From positions 319,740 through 383,739 of the forward strand of contig NMRA01000176.1 of assembly GCA_002633005.1 (NCBI GenBank): a DNA stretch of 64,000 bases, in the 5' to 3' direction. The notes beneath the pieces were generated by a model. It was not told the origin of the DNA. It did not search any database and saw only the letters and a program-made list of their open reading frames with translations. This stretch comes from Phoronis australis. Taxonomy: Eukaryota; Animalia; Phoronida. Both the position numbers and the translations under genes were made by a program. Below, one piece after another: positions 23,702 to 38,927 of this stretch; the stretch's first letter is position 1, and the number at the start of each line of letters is the position of its first letter.

Positions 23702-24911
23702 CTAAACGGATGATTCAAGCAGACAAAGCTTGGTAATAGGTCTAATCAAGGCAGAACAAGTAGTCTTAACTCGGACAGTTCTCACGAGACCCTCCTTATC
23801 AGGAAATGTCTCCAGTACTCGACCTAGTTTCCAACAGTTGCGAGGTAAACTCTCATCTGCAACTATTACAACATCACCTACATTTGAATTTTGTTTAATA
23901 CCAATCCATTTCCTACGAATCTGCAGAGTAGGAAGATATTCCTTCAACCATCTGCGCCAAAACTGGTCGCACACAAACTGCACACTACGCCACCTACGAC
24001 GGAACATATCCTTAGCGTCAAAATTACCTGGAGGGACTACAAAACCTTTAGACGGGCGCAGCAAATCACTAGAGATTAGAGGATTCAAATCGTTCGCATT
24101 GTCTGACGTCACAGTTAAAGGTCTGCTATTGACAGTGTTCTTGACCTCACAAAACACAGTATCCAGTCGTTCGTCGTCGAGGACTTGATTGCGAAGCAGC
24201 ACATTCAACACGTTCCGCACTGAACGAATTTGGCGCTCCCAAACACCCCCATGTGCGAAGCCAACAGAGGGTTAAACTTCCATTCGATCTGACGTATCAA
24301 CATGCGGTCTTGACACTGATGACTTTCATTCCACTTGCGGATCGACTCAAGAATCTCCTTTTCACCGCCCACGAATTGGTGTCATTGTATGAACGCAGCT
24401 TCTTGGGGACACCTCGCCTGGAAATAAATCTCATGGGGGCATTAACAAATGAGTCAGCGTCTAACGAATACAGCTTCTCAATATGAATGCCTCTAGATGT
24501 GAGACAAGTAAATAGCAACCAGGAAGGGCCCAAAGCAATCCACACCAGAGTGAGAAAAAGCGGGCTCACCTGAAGACACCCCATCAACCGGTAAGTCGGC
24601 CATACGCTGAGTCGGTAAACCACCTTTTGATCTTCTGCAGGTAACACATCCTCGAAGGTGACGATTAATTAAAACCCTAACTCTAGGGATCCAGAAACGA
24701 GACCGTATGGATGATGTTCCCGGCCAGAACGTTGGGTGAAGAACTGGTGAACATGTCTTACAATCAACGAAGCGGCGTGGCAGTCCCTGGGTACAATAAT
24801 AGCGTGCCTCGAATCATCTGGAAGGCAAGCATTTCCCAACCTACCGGACACCTTTAAAAGACTATCCGACGAAAATAAACATTGCAACAAACAATGAATC
24901 AATAAATACAA
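23702..24911 (-). mobile_element. BEL/Pao pol (integrase and C-terminal domain) pseudogene
   Basis: LKVSGRLGNA, LFTCLTSRGIHIE..SLDADSF..RFISRRGVPK, GGVWERQIRSVR, VNSRPLT, FWRRWLKEYLPTLQ.R.KW, WKLGRV..GLVRTV.V..RPITKLCLL. Confidence 0.95.
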
Positions 24912-25972
24912 TCACAGTAGCTTTCCACTCTCCTGTGGTAAAAGAAATGTGTTTCTGTTACAATTTTATGCTGGTGTATTATGGGGGATATCTGTCCAAC
25001 AACAGGTGTGCCACCGGGAACTGCGAGAAATCAAAATCCAAACCATCGCAATAAGGTAATACTAAACAACGAAAATCCTACCGAACTGACAAAAACTCTA
25101 TCCCAATACTACAACTTAATTTACCTACCTAAGATATCAACTCGAAACCAAATTACACACCCTACCTGGAAAAGCAATCTACAAGAGTTGACTGCACATT
25201 TCTAATCTGATAGCCTATCCCCCACTTATCACTTCTCAAAATGTTAAATTGCCTGAACTTAATCATCAGCCAACTCTGATAACTTCATGCCTGAAATGAC
25301 TCCAGTCTATAAAGCCACTGCGTCGTGACAGGCTTTGGTAATTGAAAATATTTGTTACTCATGTTTACTATCAGAAAAATGTGTCAAAATTATTTAAACT
25401 AAACTTAACTCAAAGTGCACTTCACGTATAATTGTAAAAATCAGCTGATTCAGGATGTAAACACGAGTCGTCGACCAATGAAATCAACGGAATAAGGTCA
25501 CGTGACTTAAAATGCGCCAGAACAAGAGTCCAAAAACGCAAATGCTGTTACAATTTAACTTAAAATTACATAGAAATTCTGCCAATGTAAGATGCTGAAC
25601 ATTTAAGTACAGCAAAAAACAAATTTATGACAGCTAAACCAATTAAGAAGATTGAACGAGGAAGCCTCTCGCTGAACGCAAGCAGCGTACAAGCGACAAT
25701 GGCTCAACAAGGCGGTCGGCAGACTGCTCATTTTCTCTTCGATAATTTAGTCCATCGTACGATTTCTTAGATATTTCACACAAGGATAATAATAGACTAA
25801 TTAAACTATTGCATGCAAAATATTAGCGGGAGTAACTCACCTTTTGAAAATGTGATCGGTCAAGTTGGACAGAAAACTTCGTCGGCGAACCAAAACAAAA
25901 CCGAGTGACGAAAACAATGAAATTTATTACAAATGTCTCACTAAATATGTGTTCTACGTCATTATGTCATGA

Positions 25973-26525
25973 GTAGATTTGTTTCCGCTAATGTTATGGA
26001 GAGGAAAAGATATTTTTCAGAAGCCCCTCTGCAGGCTCGGTGAAAAACAGAACTCGGCATCGGCCACAATTGGTAAGCGATGCACCTGCGGTTTGTCACA
26101 TCCCTACTTTAATTCCTTTCAACTCGAACAAAAACTCTCGTTATCAAACATTTTCTTCGAGCAGTCCCTCGTTTAGTTTCCAAAATCGGTAACGCCATTT
26201 TTACACGGCTTACGCCAGAGGATATGACGCCATACCCCCTGCCACACAGTGTTAAAAATGGCCAGATACCGATTTTAGGCACTGAACGAAAGACTTCTCG
26301 AAGAAAAAGTTTGATGACTGGTATATTTGTTCGTGTTGGAAGGGATTAAAGACACTGGCGGCCTGCTAAGGTGTCCCTCTATGCACATAAGGTATTTATA
26401 GCAACTCGACTTTGATGTTTTAGTCGGTGTGAGGCATAATTCGCCGAAAAGCTTCCGACGGTTGAAGCGCCAAAAGGAGCTACACCGTCTCTACTGAGCC
26501 AACTAGAGACGGTGGTCGCTGTCTA
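25973..26525. mobile_element. Foldback (long palindromic) MITE, copy 1, Academ-like TAG...CTA termini
   Basis: Internal inverted arms around ~26228. Shares 'ggcataattcgccgaaaagcttc' and 'taaggtgtccct' (reverse complement) with 50928-51405. Right end 'ggtggtcgctgtcta'; left boundary approximate. Confidence 0.6.
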
Positions 26526-27809
26526 CTTCAACAGCTGATTCTGCTTGGTCCGAGATATCACAGAGATACCCCGTTAAAAACAAAACTCCAAAGTTGCCAA
26601 TGTTCAATTATTTATTTCCAAATAAATAAATATTATTACCTAGAGTATTCACAGGTTTAATGGAAATAGTAGAAATTTGTAAACACTTATCAGAGTAATG
26701 GTGTATATTGCAATCACGTGGAGGCTCCATCTTTGATTGAGTACTTGTAGTTCACCCAATACCCTCTAGATGTCAGTGTTGTTGGTATCAAATATGTTCC
26801 CCAGGTCTCAGTGAAGTTCATTATCTAATTTCAGAGAGCTTGGCATTATTTAGAGAATGTTGATTTTCTTTGAAGTTCTGGTGTCTGGTGTTATACCGTA
26901 AGTAGTATAGGGATAAGGAGTGAAAGTAATCTTCTAAGGTTATTGGATATGAGTGGATAGACAACGCTCCGGCTGTACCTACAGTAGCTGTTATGAAGTG
27001 ACATGGTCAAATAGATGTACCTTATTACCTCGGTTAAAATTGATCAGTTTACAATTTACTGTGTTCACGGAAATAAATCAGAAAAAATAATATCCAAGTC
27101 TCCATAAATTAGTCCTTACACTGTGCACGCCGTCAGCTCAGCAGCGCTGGTAAAATAGTAGTATTAATGCCCCACAACTGAAACAACCTACTTATAAATA
27201 TTTAGATGTCATGAGACAATCACATCAAAGGTTGTTTCTAATGTACCAAATGTCTATATTATGTGTTTCTTGATGTTAATTTAGAATTTCTTCGGCTAAC
27301 ATTATCATATGATTGACTTGTAATGAACAAAGTTTAGAAACTTTTGAAAAGTTTTCAAATTTTGGTTTGCCCTTCCCCCAGTAATTTTTGCGATTCGCCG
27401 TCGGTGCCACAACAAAGCGAGGCTTCAGTTAGCTAACAGGTGTGTGGGTTCAACAATCTCTGTTGCACCACTACAAATTCAAGCATATGCTTTGCTGAAG
27501 CCCCCTTTAACTAACAAGTTATTAAGAATCATACTGTGCAAGCGCGATGTTGCGAATACTCACAAGGAAATTCTCGAAGTCGCCCGTTGTCCATTTAGTT
27601 GAGTTAATAAAGAAATGTTATGAAATCAATGGTGGACTTTCAAATGGCAAGTTGGCGACTGGTAACGTGGGACCTGCTAGCAGTTGCCTCTAGAGGAAGC
27701 ATTTTATAGCTTGTTTAAAAAACATTCCGTGTAATCACATACACAGTAAACAGTCCTTGTCACGAAGTTAAACTGACCCCCCATGCCACTCCTGCGAAGA
27801 AAAAGTAAC

Positions 27810-28120
27810 TTCTGGTTCACCTAGGTTTCGATATGAGTTTCCGGTCCCTCGTGATCAACGCCCATTGCTACCTGAAAGTGTCCCATTGACTTTACTCTCG
27901 TGCTCCTTAAACACACCTACACCGTACGGAGTGTTAATTCTTTATAAATCCAGAGACTCGTCATCTGGTTGATATCAAGTTTGTAGTGGTAGGTGGTCTC
28001 AGCCAGAAGTGATATTGGTTTGCTATAACTTCTTTGAAGGGACATTATCGGAGAGAAAGTAATTTTCTGAGTTAAACCTCAGCACGGGTTTGAACCTACA
28101 ACCCTCGCGGTCGCGGTCGC
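27810..28120 (-). mobile_element. Degenerate tRNA-derived SINE-like fragments
   Basis: B-box-like 'ggttcaaaccc' on - near 28085-28097, plus a second degenerate head near 27815-27870. No intact cloverleaf. Confidence 0.35.
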
Positions 28121-30073
28121 CTAAAACCGATAGTGTGTCTTTAAGTAAGTTATGAAATGGTGACTTATTGGTGGCAAAAGCTTTCTTTGTTAATCACAAA
28201 TGTATTTTGATGTAACTCCATTCATTGTTCTTGCGAATGTGTGAATATGTACTATATCTAACGTTTGAGTAGCAAGTCATATCTTACCTTCTCATTTAGT
28301 GTTTGTGCTGTTCTGTTTAATACGATAGGATAGTGTTTATTTGTCTCATCGAATGCGCTATTACACGGAGGTCACTCGTCTTTCGCCGTCATTTGTACGT
28401 TTGTTATTCTGTATTACATGAGTTGTGAAGTTCGATGTTATATTTTGAATTTACCCTTGTCGTTAGGCGATCACTGGACAGATACGTTGTGCATCGTTTG
28501 TTTCATGAATATACATTTCTCTGAAAATCCCTTGTTTTTCATCAATATACATTTATCTTAATCCCCATCTCTCTGCTCTTGCCTTTATTGTCACTGGCGC
28601 AAATGCCAATCTTAATTATAAAACCAAATTTTAAGCATTTATTCCCATTCCTTGGCCTAATTGTTCACGAAGACGTCAAGAAAGGTCTGCACTATATCTA
28701 CCGTATGCCTTGGAATGTTATTCATGGCAGTGTCCAGATGCTGCAATAATGATGCCGCAGTGGTGACTAGACGATTAAATCTATTCTATCTGATGATGGG
28801 TAAAAATGATGCCGGGTAACTTAGCAACGAATACTGATCTTACCACCGAGGTCACATATTGCTCCCCCCCCCCCCCCCTTNAGTGTCTTTTTTAAATTCC
28901 ACGTTGACGAAAATATATTAACTCACTCTCCGCTGGTCTGATGTTGCAATGAAGTTCTGAGTAAATGCGCATGCGCACCTTAATCAACAGACTACTGTAA
29001 CCTTGACTTCACTGCATATTGTACACAGTGTACGTGGAATAATTCCTAATGTACAGAGTAATAACAAAACAAACCGAATTTCTACGTCTTCTCTGCAAAC
29101 ATTTCATAAAAGCGAAACTAACTAGTCCTTCCAGACTTATCAACTGGCGTGACTTTCCAAATGAGGAAATCGATAGTTAGGGACTTGACTATTGGCCTAT
29201 TTTTGGCTTGCACGAGGCAAACAGCGCGCTGGAGGTCCTAACGACCTAAGCTGGGTGTCACTGAACTCAAATGCGAATTGGTGCCTCGTGGTGTGATAAG
29301 AGAGACATTTTACGGTTACAAAAAGGAGCTAAACAATTGTGGACCTGCAGCAAAAAAGTTACTCGATCGCCAGGGGTTGCTCGTTAAGGTGTCCTTGTTG
29401 CTTCCACTAAACAGAATTCTGGCTCAAGGACTATGTGCAGACATTATTTTGATTCAAATGCTCACCTACTGGAGATCTTGGAGTGTACTCCCATACACGA
29501 GGGTGCCGTTCAGAAGGGTGACGTACGTTTTCACGACCAGTTTGTCTGTGAAAGGATGCATCGTCTGTCTAAACTGAACTTACCTGCGTGAGGCTCGATT
29601 TGGGAGTCGTGCTCTCTACAAAAGATTCTTTTTTTAACTACACAAATCTGCATATAGCGTTTTCAATACAATCTACTGTTTGCTTAGAACTTTTTGTTAC
29701 AAATTGTTTAGTTAATTTTGACAACTTTGCACCTCGTCTGTTGCCGTTTCGTTCTTGACTTAATGGATGCAAAATTAAACTGACTATGAATCCCTGGGAA
29801 ATGTTTTAAGTTAACGTATTGACCCCTACAAAATGGTGGTGTTTCTAGAACAGAAACCTTATCAACAAGTGGGCTGGTGCTTGGTTCTCTAATAAGGCCG
29901 TCCGGGATTACACAGCGACATTCGAATCTCGCTGTATTTACCCAAAATGCCTTAAACATCCGCCAGGCACATTTGCCGCATCGTTTTCGTGCCATTGGAT
30001 TTTTACATGTTATTTCTCGTTGCCTGATTCTTTAAAAGTTTTTCTCTGTTGTATTACTATATTCGTCCTACCA

Positions 30074-30370
30074 ATGCCAACGAAGTATTATTGCTGTGCT
30101 GATTACAAGTCCGACGTGAGAAAGTTTGATAAACTGTACCCGTAGATATATGATGCAAAGGTCTTCGCCTTCCTGACATCAATGATGGTTTCCAAAGCCG
30201 GGACAAAGGAGAGTTCTATCGCCGTGTAATCCTGGACGGCCCTATTGGGTGAACATGTTGATTTTCCAGCTGCAAACCGGTCAAAAATGTAGTCTAGTAG
30301 CCCCGGAATACGAACGTTTTCTGTTGACTGTAGCCACTACAACGAAACAAACACGAAAAAAACGAAAACT
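30074..30370 (+). mobile_element. Degraded THAP-like ORF start
   Basis: MPTKYYCCADYKSDVRK..YP*IYDAKVFAF resembles a THAP N-terminus (MP..CC...KSD.R...F.PFP). Confidence 0.35.
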
Positions 30371-33300
30371 GATTAAATCTAGTGTTCCTGGGCAGCAGGG
30401 GGATCTCAAAAAATTAAAGGGACAGTCTAGTATCATTCCCCCACGGTGTATCCCACTTCCGCTACATAAAAGCCTTAACCACATTCTATCCCACTAAAAA
30501 TGGGGGGCTCAAATTTTTGAGAATGTGGACCTTTTACTTAGATTCACGGAGTACGTTCAGAGCTATGAATTGTGCTTTCCCCCAATTTTTGTAGTTCTTG
30601 CCTTTTTGGTGGACTTTTTCTCGTTTTCTACTTTTTTCGGAATCTGTTTTTCCGAAGCGGACCTTTTTGCCCATTCCGCCAAATGGGGGGCTCGCTCGAG
30701 CGCCCACCCCCCTCGGGTGCGCGCATGAGGTGGTGGCAGAAGTGACCTCGGATTAAAAGCGCTATGACCAGTATTTGAAATCAACGCGAAGCCGGTAGTT
30801 GAATAATCGTGTCTCATTGAACTCAAATCAATTCACTAGATATGTTAATTATGCCACACAGACGCAAATTATGCATAGTACATAAATTACCCAGTCTGCT
30901 GTTCGTTGTGCGTTACTTCATGGAAGTTCGCTTAGTCAAAACGTATTTGTGGACGGGAGCGGCTAAACACAGGTGGGCTACGTAGACTGCACCTTCAAAG
31001 CCGCTCAGTCTCGTGCGCATCAGGCCTTCTCGATGAAAAATTGCAACTTTCGATTTTGGCTTATTAGGTTAGTACATTTTCCCCGCGCAGTGTCGTTGGT
31101 GCTATTCAGTGAAACTAAACCGTCGAGAGGCAATCCCCCCACATCCGGATGTGCACTTTTGTTGGGGAGCTTTCTACGAAATGGCCCATATCTTAAGATA
31201 CACCCAGGATGACGAAATATTCCCGCAAATACGCACAGTGTTATTTAGAGAAAATATGCCTGATCAAATCATAAAACTTTATACCCACTTTCATAGGAAA
31301 TGGTCACCAAAACGGTAACTAGATGAAAATTTTCAAAAACTACCTGTCAGTAGGAACAATACATCGGTATCAAGTGTTGTGTATTGACTCACTTGTTTTC
31401 AGGTTGGTAGTATTGGTACACCCTAGTAAATATTCGCCCACACATAGATTTGCATTTGAATATTGGTCCCTCAACGGAAGTTTAACGCCTCTGGCTTGTC
31501 TGCAGAAAACTCCGGTAGCGCGTTTTCACGCTGAATACGATATACGATACACACTGTTGCAGGGGATATTAGATCATTTGTTGCGGCTGGGCGCGAATAA
31601 AGGGCAGGCATAAATATCCTTTGCCGGTTTGCCGTTTCGGAGCAGCGTTCACGGAACATAGTGTATAACTATTGTCGCTTCAGAAAAATCTGTTTACTTT
31701 CTCTTCAAGAGTCTCAGAATATTCAGCAATGGATACGGAGCTGTAGGTAGGTCGAGCAGAAGAACGAGAAATCAAGTCCATCGGACTGCGGTGAGGTAGG
31801 TATTTTCCATTATGTTTTTAGCATTCATCAAAAATTCTAATGTATTTCGTGTTTTGTGTCGCCATGTTATTCTTAGGCTGCGGTAGCATTAGCATGTTTG
31901 AATGGTCAACTCAGTGTTGCATATGTATGTGTAAAATTACTTATTTGTAGGCATACACCCACCTGCATGTATTACACATGGGGCCTGTGAAGTGTTGCAC
32001 ATGTACATACATGAGGCTACAACTATTTTCGGAATAAGGCGCCTTCGCCCTCCAAAAGACTTAGTGGGCTCTTCGGGAAACGTCCTTTCTAATACAGTGA
32101 CTTTGCATCTAAAAAAGAGCTTTTGGGGTAGGGAGGATTTCGGAAAAATGTTGTTTTTGTTTAGGAGTGTATTTCCATCATTCAGGGATGTTCAGTTTGT
32201 CGGGAGCTTGACTTCTACAACAGAAGTCGCCTGTATCAAGAAGTGTTCAACTTGAAATATTTTGACAGTCTTTTTAGACACCAAAAGTCTCCATGAGTGC
32301 CCTATAGTGGTGGGAGCTCTTTCAGAAATTCTCGATGTATGTGAAACACTTCAGATAAATCATGAGTTTCGTTCCAAAATATGCGAATTAAGCTTGAATT
32401 GCCATTTCAAAATGATAGACGTTGGCGGGTATTCAATTGAACACAAAACAATCATATATGGAATGTACGAGAACGGTCAAAAAACCGCGAACAACACTCA
32501 GACATACAAAAAAGCAACAATGGTCATTTTCGTCTTCAACTGAAGTTTACTCGCATGCACCTCTATCAGAAGCATTCGAGTAATAAGTTGTCCCTGAAAA
32601 CCAGTATGATTTCGGATATAGGGACAGGAGAAGCTAAATACCTGGGGGGTTGTAAGCTAAATACCTGGGGGTGTAATTACGGTACAACAGTGTAACTCTT
32701 ATTAGTTTCATGTAATGAAAAAGAAACATACTGAGGGATTAATCAAGTCGGATCTTGGTACATAGTCTCTAATTTGGGCGACACAGATTTGCTTTGAAGA
32801 AAAACACGTTCACCTGCAGTGAAAATTTCGCCTTTCCAATTCAATTAAGTTCACCTACAGAAATGGTAGTTCGCAATCGTCTGCTAACGCCGTACAACGT
32901 TTGACAATGAGAATGCAACAATACTTCAATTTCCTGAAATAAAACTATAGCGAAGCTTCCCAGGGGACCGGCTCGATCTTTTATCTGTTAGACATCCATT
33001 TTGTTGCATACAGTGTAGCTGTTTGTCACCACCTTCGAATTACAGGTAATAGCTACTTAAAGGGGTTCCGGGCTTACCGACCTTGACTTTATCCGATTTC
33101 GAGGCCCTCAAGGTTTTTTTGGTCAAATCGTGCCCGCTTTTACCGCCTCAGGCTAACACCGACCATGTGTTGACAGTTCTTAAACGTAAAGACAGGCCGT
33201 GTCAAAAATTTGCTAGTATTTTAATAATTAAGAAGACTCGGCGCGAGTGTAAAACGGCAAGTGTTGTCAAAAATTGGCACAATTTGTTGGGTACACGTGT

Positions 33301-36300
33301 GCCATTTAATTCGTCTTCATCATGTCTGCTCTTCGCGGACATTAACGGTAATTTAACAGATTTGTAACTGCTGAAGTGCCCGATAATGTGCTAAGATTCT
33401 GTTCGTAAGTTGCTGAGTACCTGCTGAGCCTCAATCGCTTTGATGTGTCCTTCCTACACCATTTTAGTCCAGTCACACATTTTCTCTTTGTGAACTATAA
33501 ATACATTTGCTGTATCACTTCATGGCGTGCTCAAAGGAAAACTGGAAATTTTCTCCTGATCTACGGACGGACATCTAATATATAAGATAGCTGATGAGCC
33601 CTATCAATTAGCTCCTGTTGCTAATGGTAAATCAAAATGCGTGTGGACTCCTGTATAAATTGCAGGAATTACATGTATCTTGTTGGAGAATGTCTACCTC
33701 CAGGAGTGTAATTGGTTAAGGGCGGTGTAGGTACCTTCAAGTAGTTCAGTGATTGTCGGTCGTCGTTAATATACTGGTTTTCCGTAATTATGTTACATTT
33801 AATTATCAGAGCCACATATAACTTTACTCTAGTGGCCAACAGAATTCACCAATGCTCTTCCGACAAGACCAGCATAAGGAATTCGGTGTAATTTGACCCA
33901 GTAGGCCTACCGGCGCAAGACTCTACTAACCGTAAAAAACGATGAGCGTGACCACGTTTGAACATACCTACAGACCCATTCGTGAACAGGTGCAGGGTCA
34001 ACTAGTGTGGCAAACTCGTTGATTGATAAACATGTATGCGTCTGTTTATAAAATTAATTGAAAATCTGACCAGGCCGCGGGTTGCTATTTATTCTGTTAC
34101 CTGGCCTGCATTTGTGGCATAAACACGCTCTACCGCGCCGTCGTGGTTTCTAACCTCTCTGTTGCGAATCATGTTGGAATCTTACACAATTCAGGAATGT
34201 TCCTACATTGAAAAAGAAATCTTATTAAGGAAGCTCATGTGCAAATTTTGTAGAGAAATACATTAATACATGTTTGTGTTTAGACTTTGGTTAGCTAATA
34301 TAAACAATCGTTTTGTGCGTCTTCAATCTATCGTTCAACACTAATTGCCTTTCACGATCTTATCCCAGTATCTAATCTTTTACTCGAAATCGAATATATT
34401 TTTTCAATTTCCGTATTCAATGATTCAATGAATATGAACTCAGCATAATAATCATAATAATCTATTATTGTATGCTTGAGTGTATTATCAGTTAAACATC
34501 TGAGAGTGCAATCCAAATTCAAATTGGTGACCCATAACTTTGAGCAACAAACTAGAGTGAAGTCGCACGATATCGAGTAAAACTTGAAATTTCGACTTCA
34601 GACTCCAGCTTATGAATGTTGGACCATCAAGTGCAAAATAGGATTACACAGTTGTCCGCGTGTACGATAATATTCTAGAACGGAAAATCGTAATAGTAAT
34701 TTCGAGTCGGATTTCGAGTAAAAAGATTAGACCCCATCCCCCAGATGTATATTTCGTTATTATTCTTTTAATCAAACGTGATCTAACAGGGTTTGCTGAT
34801 TTTTCGACTTTTCTTAGCAAGTCATTCCTGTATCTACCGCCGAAGCAGAAATGGCGTCATAGAGATTGCTACATCTAATATTCTGATGGTTTGTATTTTA
34901 TGTAACGAGTCTACAACACTGTTGTTTTCAATGCAACATTTAACCGTATTATTTTAGTGTGCTTGCCCTCGTTTTCATTTTCGTGCCATTTATAAAAAAC
35001 CAATTTGTGTTGATAAGTGTGGTCGATTAAAAAATAACACATTACCAGACATATTTTGTCTAGGCAGTGTTACTTCTGGTAACGATTACGCGTGGAGTAA
35101 ATCTACTCTGCTGGATTGAGCTCCAATTACACTGTTTTATGTTTATGTTTTCTAAGAATATATGGTTCATCAACACATTTGCAGCACCATAACCGCAACG
35201 AGTTCCTATGCAAGTTTCAAGGCTCACGACCTTTTAACCTGGTTTCACGCAATTGTAGGATATTCCGTTAAAACAGATTTTTGCTTTAGTGGGGAACGAA
35301 GGAAATATGAGCGCAGCGCCCACCAACCCCCCCCCNCCTTCGACTTCGGTGTCTTCAGCCTTCCCACACCATATTTTTAATCTCTTGCATCTCTAGTTGA
35401 TACGCGTTTTACCACCACTTGCACCCCAGCCCCCTCTACATCAGCTCTACCCTCTTCCAACAACTGTTTTACCGTCGCAAAATGTTTGCACCCTTGATTC
35501 CACAGTCAGGTAACACATTTCGTATGGATAATATAACCTTTGACCTTTGATGTAAACAGAAATGGTGACATTAAGCAGGAGCCAGTCCTGCTTCACTGGC
35601 TTGCCTCATACTGTGCTGTCGACCCCATCTTGTCACTCAGCTGTTTGTCAAAGGACTGTGAGCGCATGTGCGCATTGATTATAAATAGGAGACAGACTAG
35701 AAACTCTGTGGTGAATACAGTTTGTCCTTCTCACATATTTCGTGAATTTTGCCATTTTTTCTGGAAATTTCCTCACCGGTGAAAGTGAATAACACTCTAG
35801 TAGATGTTGCGAGATGGAACTTTCGCCAGGAATAGTATGAAAGATATTTTTGACGAGCTTTCGCGTTACGTGCCTCGTTAAATAAATGACATATTTCGGG
35901 ATTCGTGTGTCTTACACGGGGCGATTTCGATGTACCTGATTTCTTGTCACCATTTCGCTGATGGTTTCGATGTTCTTGTTGGTAACAGAAATACAATCCT
36001 ACCAAAGCAAGGAAAATCATGAGGCCGATGTCATGAAACTATATTAAAGGTCTCATTCGATTTTCACCCTGAAACGCTTAAGTCACGTCGGACGCCATCT
36101 TGGATTTCAGTAAGCGAACAGGCTATCGAAAGTGATCGTATGAGCGTTCGCTTACGCTCGTGAGCACTCGTTTGTAAGGTGTTCAAGAAACAAGAGCTCG
36201 CCTTATTGCACACGCTTCTAGTTTTCCTGTCCCAAAACCAGCACGAACTGTTACGTAAGCGAGCGTAACATCGAAGACGTAGCGAGGTCGTGCCCCCATG

Positions 36301-38927
36301 TTCATTTCAAAAAAGCCCTGTTGAAACTCATATCAGTTTTCTGCCCCCACCCCTTGTACATGAAAAAGTTCACCGGAATGTCTCTCATTTCAGCCCCACT
36401 ACCCGTTCGCAAACGTTTTCGCGTTTGTCCTCCCCGTCGAAAGTAACTGAGGCTGCGCCAGTGGGTACCAGTTACAAACCAATGCTTCTCTCATCTGCTG
36501 GCTCTTCTCGTATTTTTTGCAAACGGCGGTTTTCAAAGAAATTTGACGAAATGTGGAATGAGCGACTTTCACAATAGTTTAAAAACATTCATGGATAATA
36601 TAATAACCATAATCCGTAAAAAGACGAGCTCCAAAATGGAGACGTTAAAGTCTGTTCCGCTTCCGCCAAAACAAGATCCCGTGGGTTGCTCTCGTTTCTA
36701 AATCAACCAATGGCATTAAAGTAAAAACTAGATCATTAATTTAACTTTTGACATCTTTTCACCAATCACGACATCAACTTACGGCAATTTTACTCAACAA
36801 TAAAATTGTGTCAAGAGCAAGACATTTGTGTGGAAAATGTTGACATTTCTGCATTTTCTGCCGATTTCTTTTCTTTTCTGTTTTGATTAGAATTGTACTT
36901 TGCTTCATTTAGCCCTTGCAACTACCAAATGTACAATATTTGGGCAAAATGTGTGTTTCAAGGTTTAACAACTTCAGTGTGCAGCGGTCGGGGTTGCGTG
37001 TCTAGTGGGCACAGCGGGCCACACGGAAATGAGTCTTGTCACCAAAACAATACAAAGCAGCTGAAGTGTACCTTCGGTAAATATACCATAAAATGGAGCT
37101 TTTTAATGTCCTTACGGAAGTGAAGACTTCCACCAAATTAGTGTAAACCCCTGACAGTGTCTTGGCTTCTATAAACGATTGAAACACGTGTGAGCTTTAA
37201 AAACTTTTTCAGATGTTTTCGGCTTTTAACTTTCGGCATTAAATAAGAACATCGTAGATATTTCAGAGGTTACTTAAAGCGACCCGGGCATGTTTTACCT
37301 GAAAATGCATTTTGGGAGTTTAGGTAGGATTGGCTTGTTGAAAATATTATCTTTGACCAAAGCCATGAAAAAATAAAATCCGTTGTGCTTTTGTGATTTT
37401 ATTACACATCGCCTAAGCCTAATACAGGTCACCAGTCCAAATTAATTGAAATCGAAGAAGCGACCTCATCAGACGCCGTGAAAATAGTAGGCGCGAGTAG
37501 TGCGTAGTACTGCCTGGTTAAAGCCGGCGTGAAAACGACAAGAGCTTCTCTCCTCAGTGTTTTTAAGAAAAAGATGCCTAGATCCAAAGCACATTGAATG
37601 AGTAACCTCTCTATAAAAAGCATTTGGGAACGAAATCGAGCGTCGATTAAGAATTACTGTACGAGATGAGTTTAACATTTCCGGAAATGCTAAGCGCCAG
37701 TAGACATCCTGGTGGGTTTGCACTTCCCCTCTCGTCTCTCATAATTAGCTTACTTTTTGTTGTTTTAAGAGTAAACCGTAGTAGTTCCCAAAAAGCTCAT
37801 AAAATTTCCAATCTTTGCTAAATGAACCGATTGACGGAAGTACATTGTACCTCGCTGAGTCTCAATCACGTAATATAGGCCATGCAGTCGGCAGAATAAT
37901 TTTTAAAAACTGCTGACCTATGCAATTTTCGGTTATACGTGTTACCTGAATACTGTAGTGTTGAACATCATGCCTGAACTCCGCCATTTCATGCCGGGAT
38001 ATTTTTGCAAGGTACGTGTAGGTCACGTTTTGCAACAGGCGTGGAAGTCGAGGGTCATTGGTTTCGCAGATGTAGGAGAAAACAAAAGCAATAGAAAAAC
38101 ACATTCATGTGAAAATGGTATCAATTTTTTTAAAAAGCTCCGAACAGCTGTTGAAATGTTGTTTGGGTTGAATTCGGATAATTCTGTTCAATGTTACGCA
38201 GTTTATTCATCGTTCCGTGGCACTGTCGCCGATTATGCCCGTTTAGGCGAAATGGTCTCGTGTTCATATTGGGTGACACGCTGATAATTACCGTCCAGTC
38301 CTTGGGGCTCCCGTCAATGAATAGTGCTTTCATCAAAACGGATAGAAATCAATATTATCCACTCAGACATGCAACTTTTTACGAAGGCAACCCAATTAGG
38401 CTTCTTGTTCGTGGTGTGATCGTTAATTGTTGTCCTGTGTACGAGATTGGTGATACTGGTTGATGCGCATTACGAAAATTCTATGCTTAAGCATTTTCAC
38501 TCATTTCTTCAGGCAAAAGTACATTTTACTCACGTTTCCAGTTAAGCGGTGTATCAAGTGCCTTAATCGGTTGATCTATCGCCCGGCGAAGCTAATCAAG
38601 TGCAACCAGTATGTTGGGCTTTCGTTGTCGTAAGGTAAAACTCCGCTCTGTTTAGGACGGTGTGATTAACACTGTGCTGGTTTGTTTCGTTGAGGTCATT
38701 CTAAGCCAGGCGTTGTTGTGTTAGTAAAACTGGTTTTTGGACTGAAAATACCTAAAAATATATGTCATTCCGGTAAAATCAAAGAGACTATCGAAACTAG
38801 AGCTCCCAGTCTCAACCTCGATCATGCTCAGTAATATTCAGTCTTTCCGGTGCGAAACCATGGCTCCTACTACAGGCCGTACCATTTTTCGCATGATTCC
38901 ACGTTCTACCCAAATGCCATACCCATT

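Noticed and set aside
35697-36020. 107-aa ORF with a hydrophobic N-terminus as a secreted peptide
   Set aside because: No conserved motif, splice context or processing pattern; the length is compatible with chance.
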